Shown: positions 24,036 through 37,270 of the stretch, in pieces
How the letters are laid out: each line of letters begins with the position of its first letter
Position numbering within the stretch: the first letter of the stretch is position 1
NCBI GenBank assembly: GCA_964016885.1
Contig: OZ024741.1
Location: forward strand, 167,152,001-167,216,000
Length of the DNA: 64,000 bases
Direction: 5' to 3'
Source of the DNA: Eledone cirrhosa
Lineage: Eukaryota
The notes under the pieces: model-generated
Told to the model about the DNA's origin: nothing
Seen by the model: only the letters and a program-made list of their open reading frames with translations
Database searches by the model: none
Made by a program: the position numbers and the translations under genes

Positions 24036-24169
24036 TATATATATATATATATACACATTCGGTGGACAAGGATGCAATCCACTTCTAGCACTCAATGTCA
24101 TATTACTTCCTAAAAACAAGGATGACAGAGTATATTAATAAAGAGGAAACTGTGAAGTTGAAGATGTTA

Positions 24170-24424
24170 GGGTCCTTTATTAATTGAGCCATTATACATA
24201 TTTCAGTGACGATAGATATTGTAATTTCTTCAGACAGCAAAAATTGATTGAAAGGTAACATTTCTGAGGCAATTTTGGGTGGAAGGGAGCGGACTAAAAG
24301 AATGTGTATGTTTTTAGTCTGCCCCCTTCCACCCACAATTGCATCAGTAATGTTACCTTTTAATCAATTTTTATGTATGAAGAAATTACAATATCTATCG
24401 TCATTGAAAATTAATAAAGGACCC
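24170..24424. repeat. Long fold-back (arms ~110-130 bp) with a degenerate hammerhead on the minus arm (24188-24238)
   Basis: GGGTCCTTTATTAATT...AATTAATAAAGGACCC; minus strand GCTGT-CTGAAGA-..-GAAA-T-ATGT-A-T-A-ATGGC. Confidence 0.75.
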
Positions 24425-24875
24425 CAGCATCATCATCATCATCATTTTACGTCCGCTTTTCCCTGCTTGCAAGGGTGGGAACTTTGCATTTTCCTCTTAA
24501 ATACATCTACTTATATATATACATGCACATGTATATATATATATAGATAACAGAGAAAGTCATTCTTCAACCCTGCTCTTTCTGTAGTCAAAGTCATATA
24601 TAGCTTTTAATAATACAATAACAATATATTTATAAACATGGAACAAAAAGGAATTGAACATAAACATATTTTCACCAGTCAAAGTTACTTCCTTGCTATA
24701 TCTGTCAGTTTTTGTGACACAATTTTGTCTAAATCCTTTCAGATTTCTGTCAATGATTTAACTACTGCTTGGCTTGGTTTCATATGACTAATACAGAACA
24801 CACCTGTCTGTTGCAAGACTTATATTGCAATTTTAACATCATATGTGTGTGTATTTATATATATATAAATATGTA

Positions 24876-25377
24876 TGTCAGGTTGGACTTCAGCGCTACT
24901 GGTAACATGTACAATCTGTGCATGATCGGGTCGTCGACGACTAAACCGGCAACCCAACAAATCTTGCTTGGTGAGGAGGGTGATTTTGGACACCTTGCGA
25001 GAGGAAAAACAAAACATGTCAAAGGGCGGAGAAACTTAGGAGAGTCAACGGCCATCAATAAAGATTTTTTTTTTGCGGAGTGAGAGACTCTTAGTCTTCA
25101 TTGATATCTCTCTAGGAGAAGGTCACTATGATATAAAACCTGCAACTTCATTTGGATACAATGATGTAGACCAGTTCTTCTTTTTAGGCACATGTATTCG
25201 ATGTTCAGAGAGTGGGATTGGCCCCGTGTAAAGCCTTTCCTCACTTAAAAAAGCTTCAAGCACAGGCATCGCTTGATATGCATAGTATTGCTGGCCATAG
25301 GCAAGTCCCTTGCAGGACTAAAAAGCCATGTCCGTGATGTTCATGCTTGGCATTACTCGAAATCAAGTTGCAGCCAT

Positions 25378-25385
<8 letters not shown>
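24876..25385 (+). mobile_element. Non-coding retroposon resembling an RTE 5' UTR, ending in (ATAC)n
   Basis: GCTACTGGTAACATGTA...CTTGGTGAGGAGGGTGATTTTGGACAC...GAGTCAACGGC also at ~27565-27770; CTAGGAGAAGG motif recalls RTE 5' UTRs. Confidence 0.5.
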
Positions 25386-25423
<38 letters not shown>

Positions 25424-27889
25424 CAGATATCATCATCACTACCTTTTTTTCATGCTGTTATGGGTTAGACAGGATGTCACCTTCTGAGATTTGATAGGTC
25501 AAATGACCAGGCTTTGCTCATATATACCATTTCAGCATGGTTTGTGCAGCTGGATGCCTTTCATAATATATATGAAGTGTCCATGGTGCAAGGACCAGGA
25601 AGACAGACAACAAATTTGAGTAATACTCGATGCATAATGAGATGTAGAGTAACTATAATAAAGATGCCAATGGATTGGTCTCACTCTTGGGATATATATA
25701 TACTATAATTAGATTTAATCAATACATATAATATATATATATCGATTATGTTTCTCAAAAAACAAAACCCAGCTCAATGAACTCAGAGCATCAATAATAC
25801 AAATTTAAATGATATATAATAAAAATTTTATATATCAAATTGAGAAACTATTAGTATTTTGTACATATATATAGAATAAAAATTATGTACATATGTATAT
25901 ATATATAATTTATCATTAGTTCTCTTGCACAAGATTGATAGCTGTTTTCCTTCTTCCTTCCTCCAGAGCTTCTGGCTGCATATATTTTTTGTTCTGAATG
26001 TTATAGTCATTTGCATTGAAATGATGCCTGCCACTACAAATGTCATATCAACACCATTTATAAAGTCTGCGGTATTTATTCTGGTTCTCTGTGTTCTGAG
26101 TTTAAAACTCACCGAGGTCAACTTTGCCTTTCATCCATTTGAGCTTGATGAATAAAATACCAGTTTGATATGTTGGTTGATTCTTCCTCTATCTAACTTC
26201 TCACTTCTTCTCTTTCATTTTTCCTTCCTCTTTCTTTGGAAAAAATCGGCTGTCTTCAAACCTTTCGAGGGATGGGCTATTCCATGTTTAAATACTCTTA
26301 TGACTCTATTAACGGTTCAAAGGCCATGGAGAATGGGTATATAATTTAACAGTAACTATAATTTCATAAGCAACATATATAATTCAGTATATAAGGTATA
26401 CAATTTACAGAGAAGTGTGAATAATTCAAACAACTTGTATATATAATTTAGTAAGTAGTGAATATAATTTAGTAGCATGCACAATTTATCCAGAAAAAAG
26501 AAAATACAAAAGAAATAGTTAACACATGAATGACTATTGAGGTATTTAAATGGAACAGACAGAAAGAGGAAGAATCGCAGCAGCAGCAACAATCCTTATA
26601 ATGGTTTCTGATATAGGCACTAGGCCAGCAATTTTGAGGGGGAGGAGAAAGTCAATTAAATCAACCCAAGTATGTTACTGGTACTATATTTTATCAACCC
26701 TGTAAGAATCAAAGGCAAAGCTAATCTGGGCGAGATTTGAAATCAGAACATAAAGGGACATAACTCTATGTCGTAAAGCATGGTGTCAACAGTCCCTATA
26801 ATAACAACATGCTCTGGGAATGATAAAAAAACAGACAGATGCATAACCAAAACCTCTGGGACTATAAATATATACAACCTACATAAAATAGCACTCCCAG
26901 ACATTGCATACAGCTGTGCTCAGTAATGCAGTGACAGCACATAATGGAAATAATAATCATTATTTGGAGGCACATGGCTTAGTGGTTAGAGCATTGGCCT
27001 TGCAATCGAAAGGTTGTGAGTTCAATTCTCAGACCGGGTGATGTGTTGTTTCCTTGAGCAAGAGACTTTATTTCACATTGCTCCAGTTTACTCAGCTGTA
27101 GAAATGAGATGATAGGACTGGGGTCCCTATCATTCCACTGCAAAGTGGTCGTGGAGGTGCCACGGCAAAAAAGCACCCAGCACTCACATTAAATGAGGTT
27201 GGTGTTAGGAAGGGCATCCAGCTGTAGAAATCAAGCCAGAATCAGTTCCCGTCCCACCCTTGCAAGCAGGGAAAAGCGGACGTAAAATGATGATGATGAT
27301 GATGATTATTAGGGCAGTGGTTTGGCAGTATCGGTAGAGCGTCAGGCGCCATGCTTTACAGCATAGAGTTATGGCCCTTTGCGTTCTGAGTTCAAATCCT
27401 GCCAAGGTTAACTTTGCCTTTTATCCTTACGGGGTTGATGAAATAAAGCACCGGTAATGCACTGAAGTAATTGCTGGCCTTGTGCCAAAAGTAGAAACAA
27501 TTATTATTATTATCATCATCATCCTCGTGGACGTTAAACGAGGATGATGATGATGATGATTATTAGTCAGGTCACTCTCAAGGTCATTCACAAGTGCTAC
27601 TGGTAACATGTAACCCAGTACAACCTGCCACCTGGTCAGGTCATCGGTGACTAAGCAACTACCTCATCAAGCTCACTTGGTGAGGAAGGTGATTTTTGGA
27701 CACACCATGGGATGAAAAATAAAATCTGTCAAAGGGCAAAGAAACTCATAAGAGTCAACGGCTATCCCATTCTGTGTACATATGTATATATTTTCATAGT
27801 TTAAATTTAAACTTTTTTATTTTTATTTCATTTATTTATTTTTTATGCATATTAAAAAAGGGTCAGACATAAGTCTCTGCTACTGTATG

Positions 27890-29955
27890 ACAGTAGACTG
27901 TACAACCTGCACCTGTCTTTGCTGCTTTTTAGATTACCTCTTGGGTGGGGAAAGGCTATGGGAGTAAACCCTGAGAGAAAATCTCGCAGCTGTATACCAT
28001 ATAAAGGGCATTGCCACAGGGCACTGCTTGTGATTGTGGCCATATGTTGCCACCTGCCATCTACTGTTCAGTCATTTGTGTCTTGTATGAGAACAGCTAC
28101 CTTACCTCAGTTTGCCCAGGACATATGGTGGCAGGTGAAGAGAGTTGCTGAGGATCAACGCAAACAACAGTAACTTACCTGTGCACATGGCACCTAGCAC
28201 CAACCCCTGTCACAAACATGTCAGACACATGAAAACAATGGCCATCAGTCCCTAGCGACTCTTAAACCACTGCTCAAGGTATCAGGCAAGCAGGGAAGGC
28301 AGCAGATGGTGCTAGGAATCTCTGGGTTTGGACAAGCTACTGCCAATGGAAATGGACCACACACTAAGCTTGGAACATGCGAATTCTGCTTTCACTATGT
28401 TCCCAGCACAATCTCTCAATCACGAATACATCTTCCAACTGAACAATGCCTACAAAACCACATGGATGCATCTAAGATTGAAGCACTGGCATCAAATAGA
28501 TTTCATTATCTACAGACAACTTAAACTGTGTGACTTTCATAACACCAGAGCAATGAGAGGTGCCGAATGCTCAACAGACCACCCTCTCTTCAGATCAAAG
28601 GTGAACTTCCAAGTGTGAAGAAAAAGAAGGCCCCAAGGCAAAAAACCTTAGAAAAAAACTGGATGTTTGGAAAATCAATAACCCTGGCATAACAGTTGCA
28701 TCTTGAGCATGTTGCCTTCACCAAAAGAGAGAGAAGAAAACTGAGCCAAATTGCACAATACATTTGACACCACTGCCAATGAGACAATAGACGTCTTCAA
28801 AAGACATCATCAGGACTGGTTTGATGACAACAATTCTGAAATTCAAAGTCTTCTTGCTGAGAAGTATGCTGCACACTAGAACTTGCTAATGGACAAACAA
28901 TCTGACTCAAAGCAGGTCAGGTTCCACCATCTCAGAGGAAAAGTTCAGAAGTAGTTGCACTCCATGAAGGATGAATGGTGAAAAAAGGCAGAGGAGATCC
29001 AGGGTTATGTCAAGTTCTTCTACACCAGCTTGAGGGAGGTCTATGGGCCACCACAGAGAAGTGCAGCCCCAATCCAGAATCTGCAGGAAGAACTCCTCAT
29101 TGATAATGAGGCAATAAATAAGAGATGATCAGAACACTTTGAACAGCTCCCTAACGAGCGTTCATTGATTGATCCCAATGTCATTCAGGATATTCCAGCT
29201 AAACCTCTGCATGTGGAACTTGATGACCTGCACATGGAAGATGAGGTGACAGAAGCAATTGTAGAGTTGCAATGTAGTAAATCAGTAGGCTTCCTAAGGC
29301 AGACGCCACAAATGAGTATGGAACAAAAAGGACTTGAAACTGAAGACAAAGTGCGCAGTATACAGAGCAGTGGTCCTGACTGCATTGTTGTATGGATGTG
29401 AGTTGTAGACACTCTACCATAGGCATGTCAAGCTACTAGATCAGTTTCACTAGCACTGACTCTGACATATCTTAAATATCAAATGGTACCACAGAGTCTC
29501 AAACGTAAAGGTACTTTTGCAAGCCCAGATGCCAAGCATAAATGCACTGCTAACACAGTCTCAGCTAAGGTAGTCTGGATATCGTGTGTGCATGCAGGAT
29601 AGCAGGATACCAAAGCAGTGAACTGATAGAGAGCCATCAACCAAGAGGATGGCCTAAGATTCACTATAAAGACACCCTGAAAAAATCCCTCTAGAAATGT
29701 GACAATGAAAAACAATTGGAAATCATGGCTACAAACAGATCTGATTGGGTGCAAGCTATTCACAAGAGAACAGAAGCAACCAAGTGGAAAAGCATGTCAC
29801 AATGAAGTCAAGAAGAAACTTTGTAGAGAGTTCCATTGAGTGTCCAGTATAGAGCCGCCTGTGTGCATCAGATTTTGGCCTATAATCCCACTTAAGAGTA
29901 CACAAATGAATGAAATTGGACTTTATTGATCCCGATACTTGACCAACAACAACAT
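27890..29955 (+). mobile_element. Degenerate, internally deleted RTE (BovB-like) LINE
   Basis: APE remnants TWMHLRLKHWHQIDFI, TRAMRGAECSTDH; RHHQDWFDDNNSEI; LTALLYGCE; (CAA)n end; many stops and frameshifts. Confidence 0.85.
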
Positions 29956-29959
29956 TATT

Positions 29960-30742
29960 AGCCAATACCCTTTGCATGGAGGACTTATGTTGTGGGTGAT
30001 GATGTGCAAATGTGCTGAGGCTATCACATTTGCAGATATTCCTAGATGGTGAACAGGTGTAGACGGTGTTTGTTCGACATATCTTTCCACAGCTCAATTC
30101 TTTGATTGAACTGCAACAAAACCAGTCTGCATAAATTCATCCAATGTCCGGGCATTGCTGAATTGTGGAGTTTTGTCAAACAGTTATTGTTACATGTAGG
30201 ACAGATATGGCTATCGACCGACTCCATCATGAAGATCATCCCACCACCTTCTTTTAGCCAGGGAGGGCAGGCAGTTTTCTTCTGTCTGGTGGCTATGGTG
30301 AAAGAGGTTGTGTGGTGGATGCAACTGAAAGGACTGAAGACAGATATGTTCAGCTTTGGCCAAGCCCTCATTGACTTTTTCAAATTCCATTTAGAAAGTG
30401 AGGGTGAAGAGAGAAGTGCTACCCCACCCCCAGTACATTTGTTAAAAAAAGCCTACTCTTAGCATGTACTTGTCAGCTGAAGAATGTGGAAAGAAGAGAG
30501 GAGCACTTTTTCATGGTGCTCTGGGTGTTCAGGGTTGTTTTGGATCCTTGGGTGTGGTTTCCTTCTATTGGAGATTTCTTTTTTTTTACACATTTTCAAT
30601 GTTTTTTTTAATTTTTTTTTTTTACCTAATCTTCTTTTCTTTGTACATGCTTTTATATGTAAATCCCCACTATCCCTGTCTCTTGTATTGTTCATAATAT
30701 TTTTGGCCCGGGAGGCCAATAAAAAAAATCATCATTATTATT
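29960..30742 (+). mobile_element. Tx1/L1-clade LINE 3' end (zinc-knuckle region and 3' UTR)
   Basis: HKFIQCPGIAELWSFV...VKEVVWW motif, T-rich UTR, AATAAAAAAA tail; related to 660-1275. Confidence 0.75.
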
Positions 30743-30743
30743 A

Positions 30744-31950
30744 CTAGCAGAAAAACCACCCTTCGGGTGGTTTTCTGGTAGCATTAGTAGTGTGTATATT
30801 GATATTAAACGCAACTATATATGCATGTAGATATGATACGTCAAATGAAAAGTAAATTGACAATATGCACAGAAATTGAAGAGAAACTGTGCTACATTCT
30901 CTTCTGTAATCAGTAAAGTAATCCATGATACATTTAAAAAAGACGATATTGTATATAAACTGCATTACGGCAAAATGTTATTAAAACAAAAAAGGAGAAA
31001 ATGAGATCAGCGACGGAAATATGTTATGATATAACGGTGAAAATATGTAAATGTTGTGACATAATGAACGCGAACGGACTTACGATGAAATCTTAGAATT
31101 AAATATATTAGCAGAAAAACCACCTTCAGGTGGTTTTCTGCTAGCATGTGTAGTGTGTATATTGATATTATACGCAGGTATATACATCAAATAAAATCGT
31201 AATTGACAATATATAATACATAGAAATTGAACGAAGACTGCGTTACACTGTCTTATTTAATCAGTAACGTAATCCATGATACATTAAAAAAAGACGTTAT
31301 TATATATAAACTGCATTAGGAGAAAATTAGTATGTTTATTTAAGCGATGGCCAACCGGAAGTGTTGAAATTTCAGAAATTTTAAACAAGTGAATCTTTAA
31401 ATAAACAAAATATATTTAATCAACAGCCACGAAATTTAGTAGATAAATTATGTAATATTCATTCATTATTTATTCAAAATAATGCAACTTATTTTACTAA
31501 TGTTATAAAAAATTATAAACTGTACGCAGTCCCGCGCTCCTTACTTTATTATAGTTTAGATGTTAGAATGAGAAAGGAGAAACGAAATCAATAAATGTAT
31601 GTTAAAACAAAAAAAGGAGAAAATGATATTAGCGATGGAAATATAAATGTTATGATATAATGATGCAAATATATGAAGGTTTATATATAATAATATATAA
31701 GCAATGAGAGATAGCGACGAAAATATAGTGTACGGTGAAGATATATAACGAACGCTAATGGAAGTTGACATTTGAAAATTTTAAAAAGTGAATCTTGAAA
31801 TAAACAATACATTATATATAAGAATATTTACATTTAATCGAGAGCTAAGAAATTTAGTAGATAAATTACATAATATTCATTCATGATTTATTCAAAGTAA
31901 TCCAACTTATTTTAATAACGTGTTGTGAAAAAATTATCCTGACAGTCTCG
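30744..31950 (-). mobile_element. Cluster of non-autonomous Helitron units
   Basis: 3' hairpin+CTAG ends at 30744 and (variant) ~31109; 5' TC at 31560 (A|TCTAAACTATAATAAAG); partial repeats of internal sequence up to ~31950; plus-strand relative at 42293-42757. Confidence 0.75.
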
Positions 31951-31964
31951 CAGGTCTTCAATCA

Positions 31965-32599
31965 TCTATATATCTAAAACAGAGAATGTATGTCTGTCTG
32001 TCTGACTCCCTAAAACTCGAGAACCACCCAACAGATTGTTTTCAAACTTTACACATGTAATACTTATGGTCCTGTGAGTGTTTTGAGCAAACAATATTTC
32101 CAATTTTCAATCCCCTAGGGACCGCATTAGGCGATTTAGCGATCTCTCTCTATAATTCTTAGTCTTTCTTTTTAGATAGATACACAGATATAACATTGCG
32201 CCCTTATAATATCTGTCTGTATGTCTGGCTGTCTGCATTACGACATTATGACGCTATATGTGTGTGTATATGTATATATATAGTGTATATATATATATAT
32301 ATATAGTGTGTAACGTTTTTCGAAATATTTACTTCTGCATTCACAGATTGATTTTTTTAGTTTCAGAAGATCCCGTTAAGGGTGAAAGCAGCGATTCCTT
32401 GCTTAAACTTTAATCTGTTATTTTAATATATATATATATATAATTATATATTCGTGTACAGATATTTTTGCATACACAATAACAAAATATAAACAAAAGT
32501 ATTTATTTTGCGATAAAGTATTGATTTTCTTTGCACGGAAAAAAACCCTGGTAAACTACGATGTTTAGAATCCCGAGCAACGCCGGACCATTTTGCTAG
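31965..32599 (+). mobile_element. Non-autonomous Helitron
   Basis: A|TCTATATATCTAAAA 5' end, subterminal hairpin-like CCCGAGCAACGCCGG, CTAG|T 3' end; 5' segment shared with a minus-strand fragment at ~58500-58610. Confidence 0.85.
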
Positions 32600-34488
32600 T
32601 TATATATAAAATTATTATTAGTATCATTATTATTATAATGCTGGGAACTGCACAGTTATAGGTATCTCAAACTTTGTGGCAACACAAACAGATATGGCAA
32701 GCACTATCTCTGACATCCTGTTGATGAATCTAATGGCTTCTAATGTCAGCTTTATATCTCCAGGAAATACATCTTTTGCAATATCTAGTTCAGTCAAGAA
32801 ATCACATTCATTAACACTTTTTCATATCAACCTGCCTGAAACCACCCTTGGTTCTACAAAACTGCTTATATTTATTTAACAATTTTCTATACTAATTCTA
32901 TGTGAGAAAATTTAAGTTATTTTACTAAATAACCCCAAATTCTTGATTATTTTCAAAATTATTTGAAAATCACAGTGATTCTCATTAGAAATATAGTAGC
33001 AAAGGTTTACAGTGTTTATATTTATCTAAAAAATTCCCATCATAATTTTCTGTGAGGACATTAACTTAATGTTAAATAACCAGAATGTTTGATACTAATG
33101 TCTACACATGATAATTGTGTCTACTTTTGGCACAAGGCCAGCAATTATCCCAGTGTATTACTGGTACTTTATTTTATTAACCCCCGTAAGGATGAAAGGC
33201 AAAGTTAACCTCGGCGGGATTTGAACTCAGGCCATAAAGGGCCGCAACTCTTTGCTGCAAAGCATGGCGTCCGACCCTCTACCGATACTGCCAATCCACC
33301 ATGATAATGATGTCTGTGTATATATGTATATACACGCATACATAAATACATGCAAGTTTATAATTAGAAAGTTAGTTATAATACTAAATCCCTCAAATTC
33401 TTTGATTATTTTCAAAACATACACACATACACATATATACAGACAACCACAGAAACAGAAATCCTTCGTGTAGCTGCTTGAATTGCTAGAAATAACAGTA
33501 AAACATTGCCCTCAAATCATAACACTCTCTTTAAGAAGGTAAAAGACACCTAAGATAATGTAGTTCTTCCAGCATACCACTAAAGGTATTAGACAAACAT
33601 GATTAGAATGTTTTTATCATAGGTATACTGGACCAAAGCTAACATAGGTTTCAATAACAACAAGAAACACATTTCTATGTGAGGTACATACAGATTAACC
33701 TTCCATGGGGCTCATGGCTGAAAATTTCATCAGGGCACTTTATATATTGTGGGGCTCATGGATATAGCCCAGTCACCTCCACACCTCCCTTGCTTTAATC
33801 CATTACTGGTTTACATGAAAGTAGACATGTAAAAAGAACAAAGGAGCCAGTATATCAGTGGTTCCTAAACTTTTATAGAAATGAATTTTCCTATGGACCT
33901 CCACCACTCCACCACTACATACACACACTAATCAGTGCTGTATTATTAATAAAGCTGATTAAGTTAAAGCTTAGAGCAGGGGACCCTCACCAACTAGGTA
34001 CCCATAATAATAATAATGAAATTATTGTGTACAGTGGTCAGGTGCACTACAACTCATCAAAGGTGTATGTATAGTACATAGACTAATGTTTTTTTTCTTT
34101 TCTGAACTGTCCTATTCTTGATCAGTTTGTTGACCAAATTCTAGGAAAATCTTTAAACGAAGGCCTGGCAGTATAAGCTCATGATAAAATGAATTTTAAA
34201 ATTGACTCTCTTTATCAATACTTAATAATTAGTAAATGTCATTATAGTGTATACTGCTAAATTTTCTGTTTGATAATCTGTTGTATTAATTAACCCTTTA
34301 GCATTTAAATCGGCCATATCCAGCCAGAATTCTCTCACCTCTTTCTGTTCAAACTGGCCATAACTGGCCACTCAGCCTGATGTTAAGGTATTATTCTCAA
34401 AATAAATAACAAAATCTCATAGATTCGATATTATATCAGATAATTATGTGAGATAAATCATTACCACTAAAATACGATAGTAAATATA

Positions 34489-35850
34489 CGAGGGGGGATC
34501 AAAAAGTTTGCGGAATTTTATCGTAACAAGAAAAAAATCAGGTTAAAACAATATTAAACATGTCAGAACATTGTCACTGGGTGTTTACCTTGCTATTAGT
34601 CACTTGCAGTCAGTCATGCGTGGACTATTGTACAGTACTGACACTCTTGAAAAAACTATTTTCCATTGTTGTTCCAAAAATAGGTTATTTTGAGATAAGA
34701 TCGAATATCAAGTTTCTGGTGAAACTCAAATGGAAAGGGACACAGATTATGGAGGCTTTAGTTAAAGTTTACGGTATTACTGCTCCAAAGAAAACTGCTG
34801 TCGACAAGTGGATTCAGCGAGTCAAACAAGGGAGAGACGACCTTGAAGACGACCATCGCAGTGGAAGACCAGGAACATCAAAAAATGACCAAAACGTTGA
34901 GGCTGCTCAGACTTTAATTGAAGAAGATCGAAGAATAACAGTTAATCAGTTAGCTAAGTCCCTAAACATTTCATATGGTTCGGCAAATTCAATTCTGCAC
35001 GATAATTTGGGACTAAGCAAGCTTTCAGCGCGATGGATCCCAAAAGCGTTGCGCCCTGATCAGCTGATTCTTCGAAGTGATCTGTCTTTGGCGATATTAA
35101 ACAAAATTGAAGTTGATGAAGAGCATTTCCTCACCGGAGATGAAACCTGGATCTACCAGTATGATCCTGAATCCAAACAGCAGTCAAAACAGTGGCTTCC
35201 ACATGGATCATCGGGGCCAATCAAGTTCAAATCTCAAAAGTCGGATCAAAAGGTGATGGCCACCATTTTCTGGGATTCAGATGGGGTGATACTAATAGAT
35301 TATCTTGAAGGTCAAAGAACTTTGACAGGAGCTTACTATGCAAATGTTTTAAGAAACCCATGCAAGCGTGGAAGATGGACGTTAAACGATGATGATGATG
35401 ATGAAGCTGAAAGAGGCATTAGTCAAGAAACGAAAAGGAAAACTTCATGATGGGATCTTGTTTCACCATGACAATGCACCAGCACATTCTGCGCAGGTTG
35501 CAAAAGAAGTTCTTCGAGAATTTCGATGGGAAGTGCTTCCTCACCCGCCTTATAGTCCAGATTTAGCCCCCCCCCCCATATCAGACTTTTTCCTCTTTCC
35601 AAAACTCAAAGAAATGCTAAAAGGAACCCGTTTTAGTGGTGTTGAAAAAGCTAAAAACCCTGCCAATACATGGCTTCGAACAAGGCCTTCAACTTTCTTT
35701 AGAGATGGCTTACGAAACTGGAAGCATCGCCTTGTGAAGTGTATTGACCTGGATGGCAACTATGTAGAAAAATAAATTGAAGGTAAATCATATTTTTTGA
35801 AAAATAGATTATTTTCTGAAAAATTCCGCGAACTTTTTGATCCCCCCTCG
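34489..35850 (+). mobile_element. mariner DNA transposon
   Basis: TA TSD, ~31-bp TIR CGAGGGGGGATCAAAAAGTTTGCGGAATTT / AAATTCCGCGAACTTTTTGATCCCCCCTCG. Confidence 0.95.
34560..35775 (+). pseudogene. mariner DD34D-type transposase, disrupted
   Basis: RSGRP, ARWIPKAL, TGDETW, HHDNAPAH, PPYSPDLAP(PPI)SDFFLF; frameshifted by a ~49-bp RTE-tail insertion at 35357-35405; true start uncertain. Confidence 0.92.
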
Positions 35851-37019
35851 TAGTGTAATGTAAATGCTAAAGGGTTAAATATACTGTACCTGGGCCAGGC
35901 TACCAGTGAGGTGAAAGATTATTGTGCTAGAAGGACCCCATCTACCTGAAAGCCTAGGGACCCAGGCATGGGTTAACACAGCCCAGACTACAATCATTTT
36001 TCTCCCAGATTGTTATACATCAACAACAATAATCAAAATAGAGACATGTTTATACTTAAGAAGAATGGATACCCAATAATGTGTGTATATTATATTGACA
36101 ACAAAGTACTTGACATTGTTACACATTGAAAAGAATGGATATCCAATAATATGTGTATATTATGTTCTTAAAGTACTTGAGAATAACAATAGTAATGAAT
36201 GTATGGTCCCGTAACTCCTGATAGAGTTGTAGGGGCACCATATTGACATACAGAGTTTTGGGGGCATTTAAAGCCTGGCGGAGTCCATCCCTCTCCAGGC
36301 CTGAGTACAGCAGATTTCTTCCAGAGAAAGATAGAAAGTGAGAGAGAGAGGAAATGAGAAAGAGATATAGAGGAAGAATCGACCCTAGTACTAGACTGGT
36401 ACTTTTTTTATCAACCTCGAAAGGATGAAAGGCAAAGTTGACCTCGGCGCGATTTGAACTCCGAGAGCAGAGAACCGGAACGAATACCGCAAAGCATTCT
36501 ATCCGACGTTCTGATGATAATAATAGAAAAACAATAATAATAGAAAAACATTTATACTTAGAGAAGAATCGATCCCCAATAGTGTGTATATATTATATTT
36601 TTAACAAATACTTGAAATTGCTATACAGTGAAAATAACAATAGAAAGAGAGAAACGTTTATACTCCTAAATAGTGTGTGTGTATATATTTTTAACAAATA
36701 CTTGAAATTGCTATATAGTGAGTATAACAATAGAAAGAAAGAAACGTTTGTATTCAGAGAAGAATCAGTCCTCGATAGTATGTGTATATATATTTTTAAC
36801 AGACTGTTTGAAATTTCTATAAAAACATTTATACTTAGTGTGTGTATTTTATATTTTTTAGTTGTAATTCTGAAATTAACTCATGGACCTACAGTTCTAC
36901 CTTTTGCATCCCCAGGGTCTGCAGACCCTAGATTGAGAAACACAGCTCTATATGGTAGCTCAATCAACCTTATACCCTACACCTTATCATAAATATTGAA
37001 TAAGGCAGTCTTAGAAACT

Positions 37020-37270
37020 CAACACCCTTTCATTACCATATTCTAAATTAAATACATTGTATTTCCAGTTAATTAGGGAAGAATTTTGAGGGATTTACTA
37101 AAACTAATAATTATTTCGTTACTAAGATGGTATTTGTAATATAACCTAATGAAGGTTTTGTATTAAATTATGTTAAAAGATTTTAATTTTAATACGAACA
37201 CTTTGACATGGGTGGTTTTGTTTCATAGAAGCAGAGGTGGTTTTAGGAGGGTCGGTGTCAAAAGAGTTAA
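37020..37270. mobile_element. Second TTAA-type MITE family (degenerate)
   Basis: Ends GGTGTCAAAAGAGTTAA; GGGTGGTTTTGTTTCATAGAA shared with ~1780-1930; related pieces at ~4640-4935, 32811-33009, 50812-50940. Confidence 0.55.

Larger units (their letters stand above)
34294..35874. mobile_element. piggyBac-type MITE interrupted by a mariner
   Basis: TTAA-CCCTTTAGCATTTA ... TAAATGCTAAAGGG-TTAA; removing 34489-35850 restores a 445-651-type element. Confidence 0.9.
33856..36945. mobile_element. Probable hAT-type MITE split by nested insertions
   Basis: Left end CAGTGGTTCCTAAAC, right end GATTGAGAAACACAG, both matching the 6799-7135 family; flanks CAGTATAT / CTCTATAT (6 of 8); internal ~100-bp units tandemly repeated at 36040-36860. 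Confidence 0.5.

Noticed and set aside
25915-26000. Possible terminal exon NKKYMQPEALEEGRRKTAINLVQEN (minus)
   Set aside because: Weak acceptor, very short, no partner exon
26965-27040. tRNA-like heads of SINEs as tRNA genes
   Set aside because: Always fused to SINE body and tail, with poor acceptor stems
27890-28200. HDV-like ribozyme expected at an RTE 5' end
   Set aside because: Could not fold a nested double pseudoknot by eye in this decayed copy
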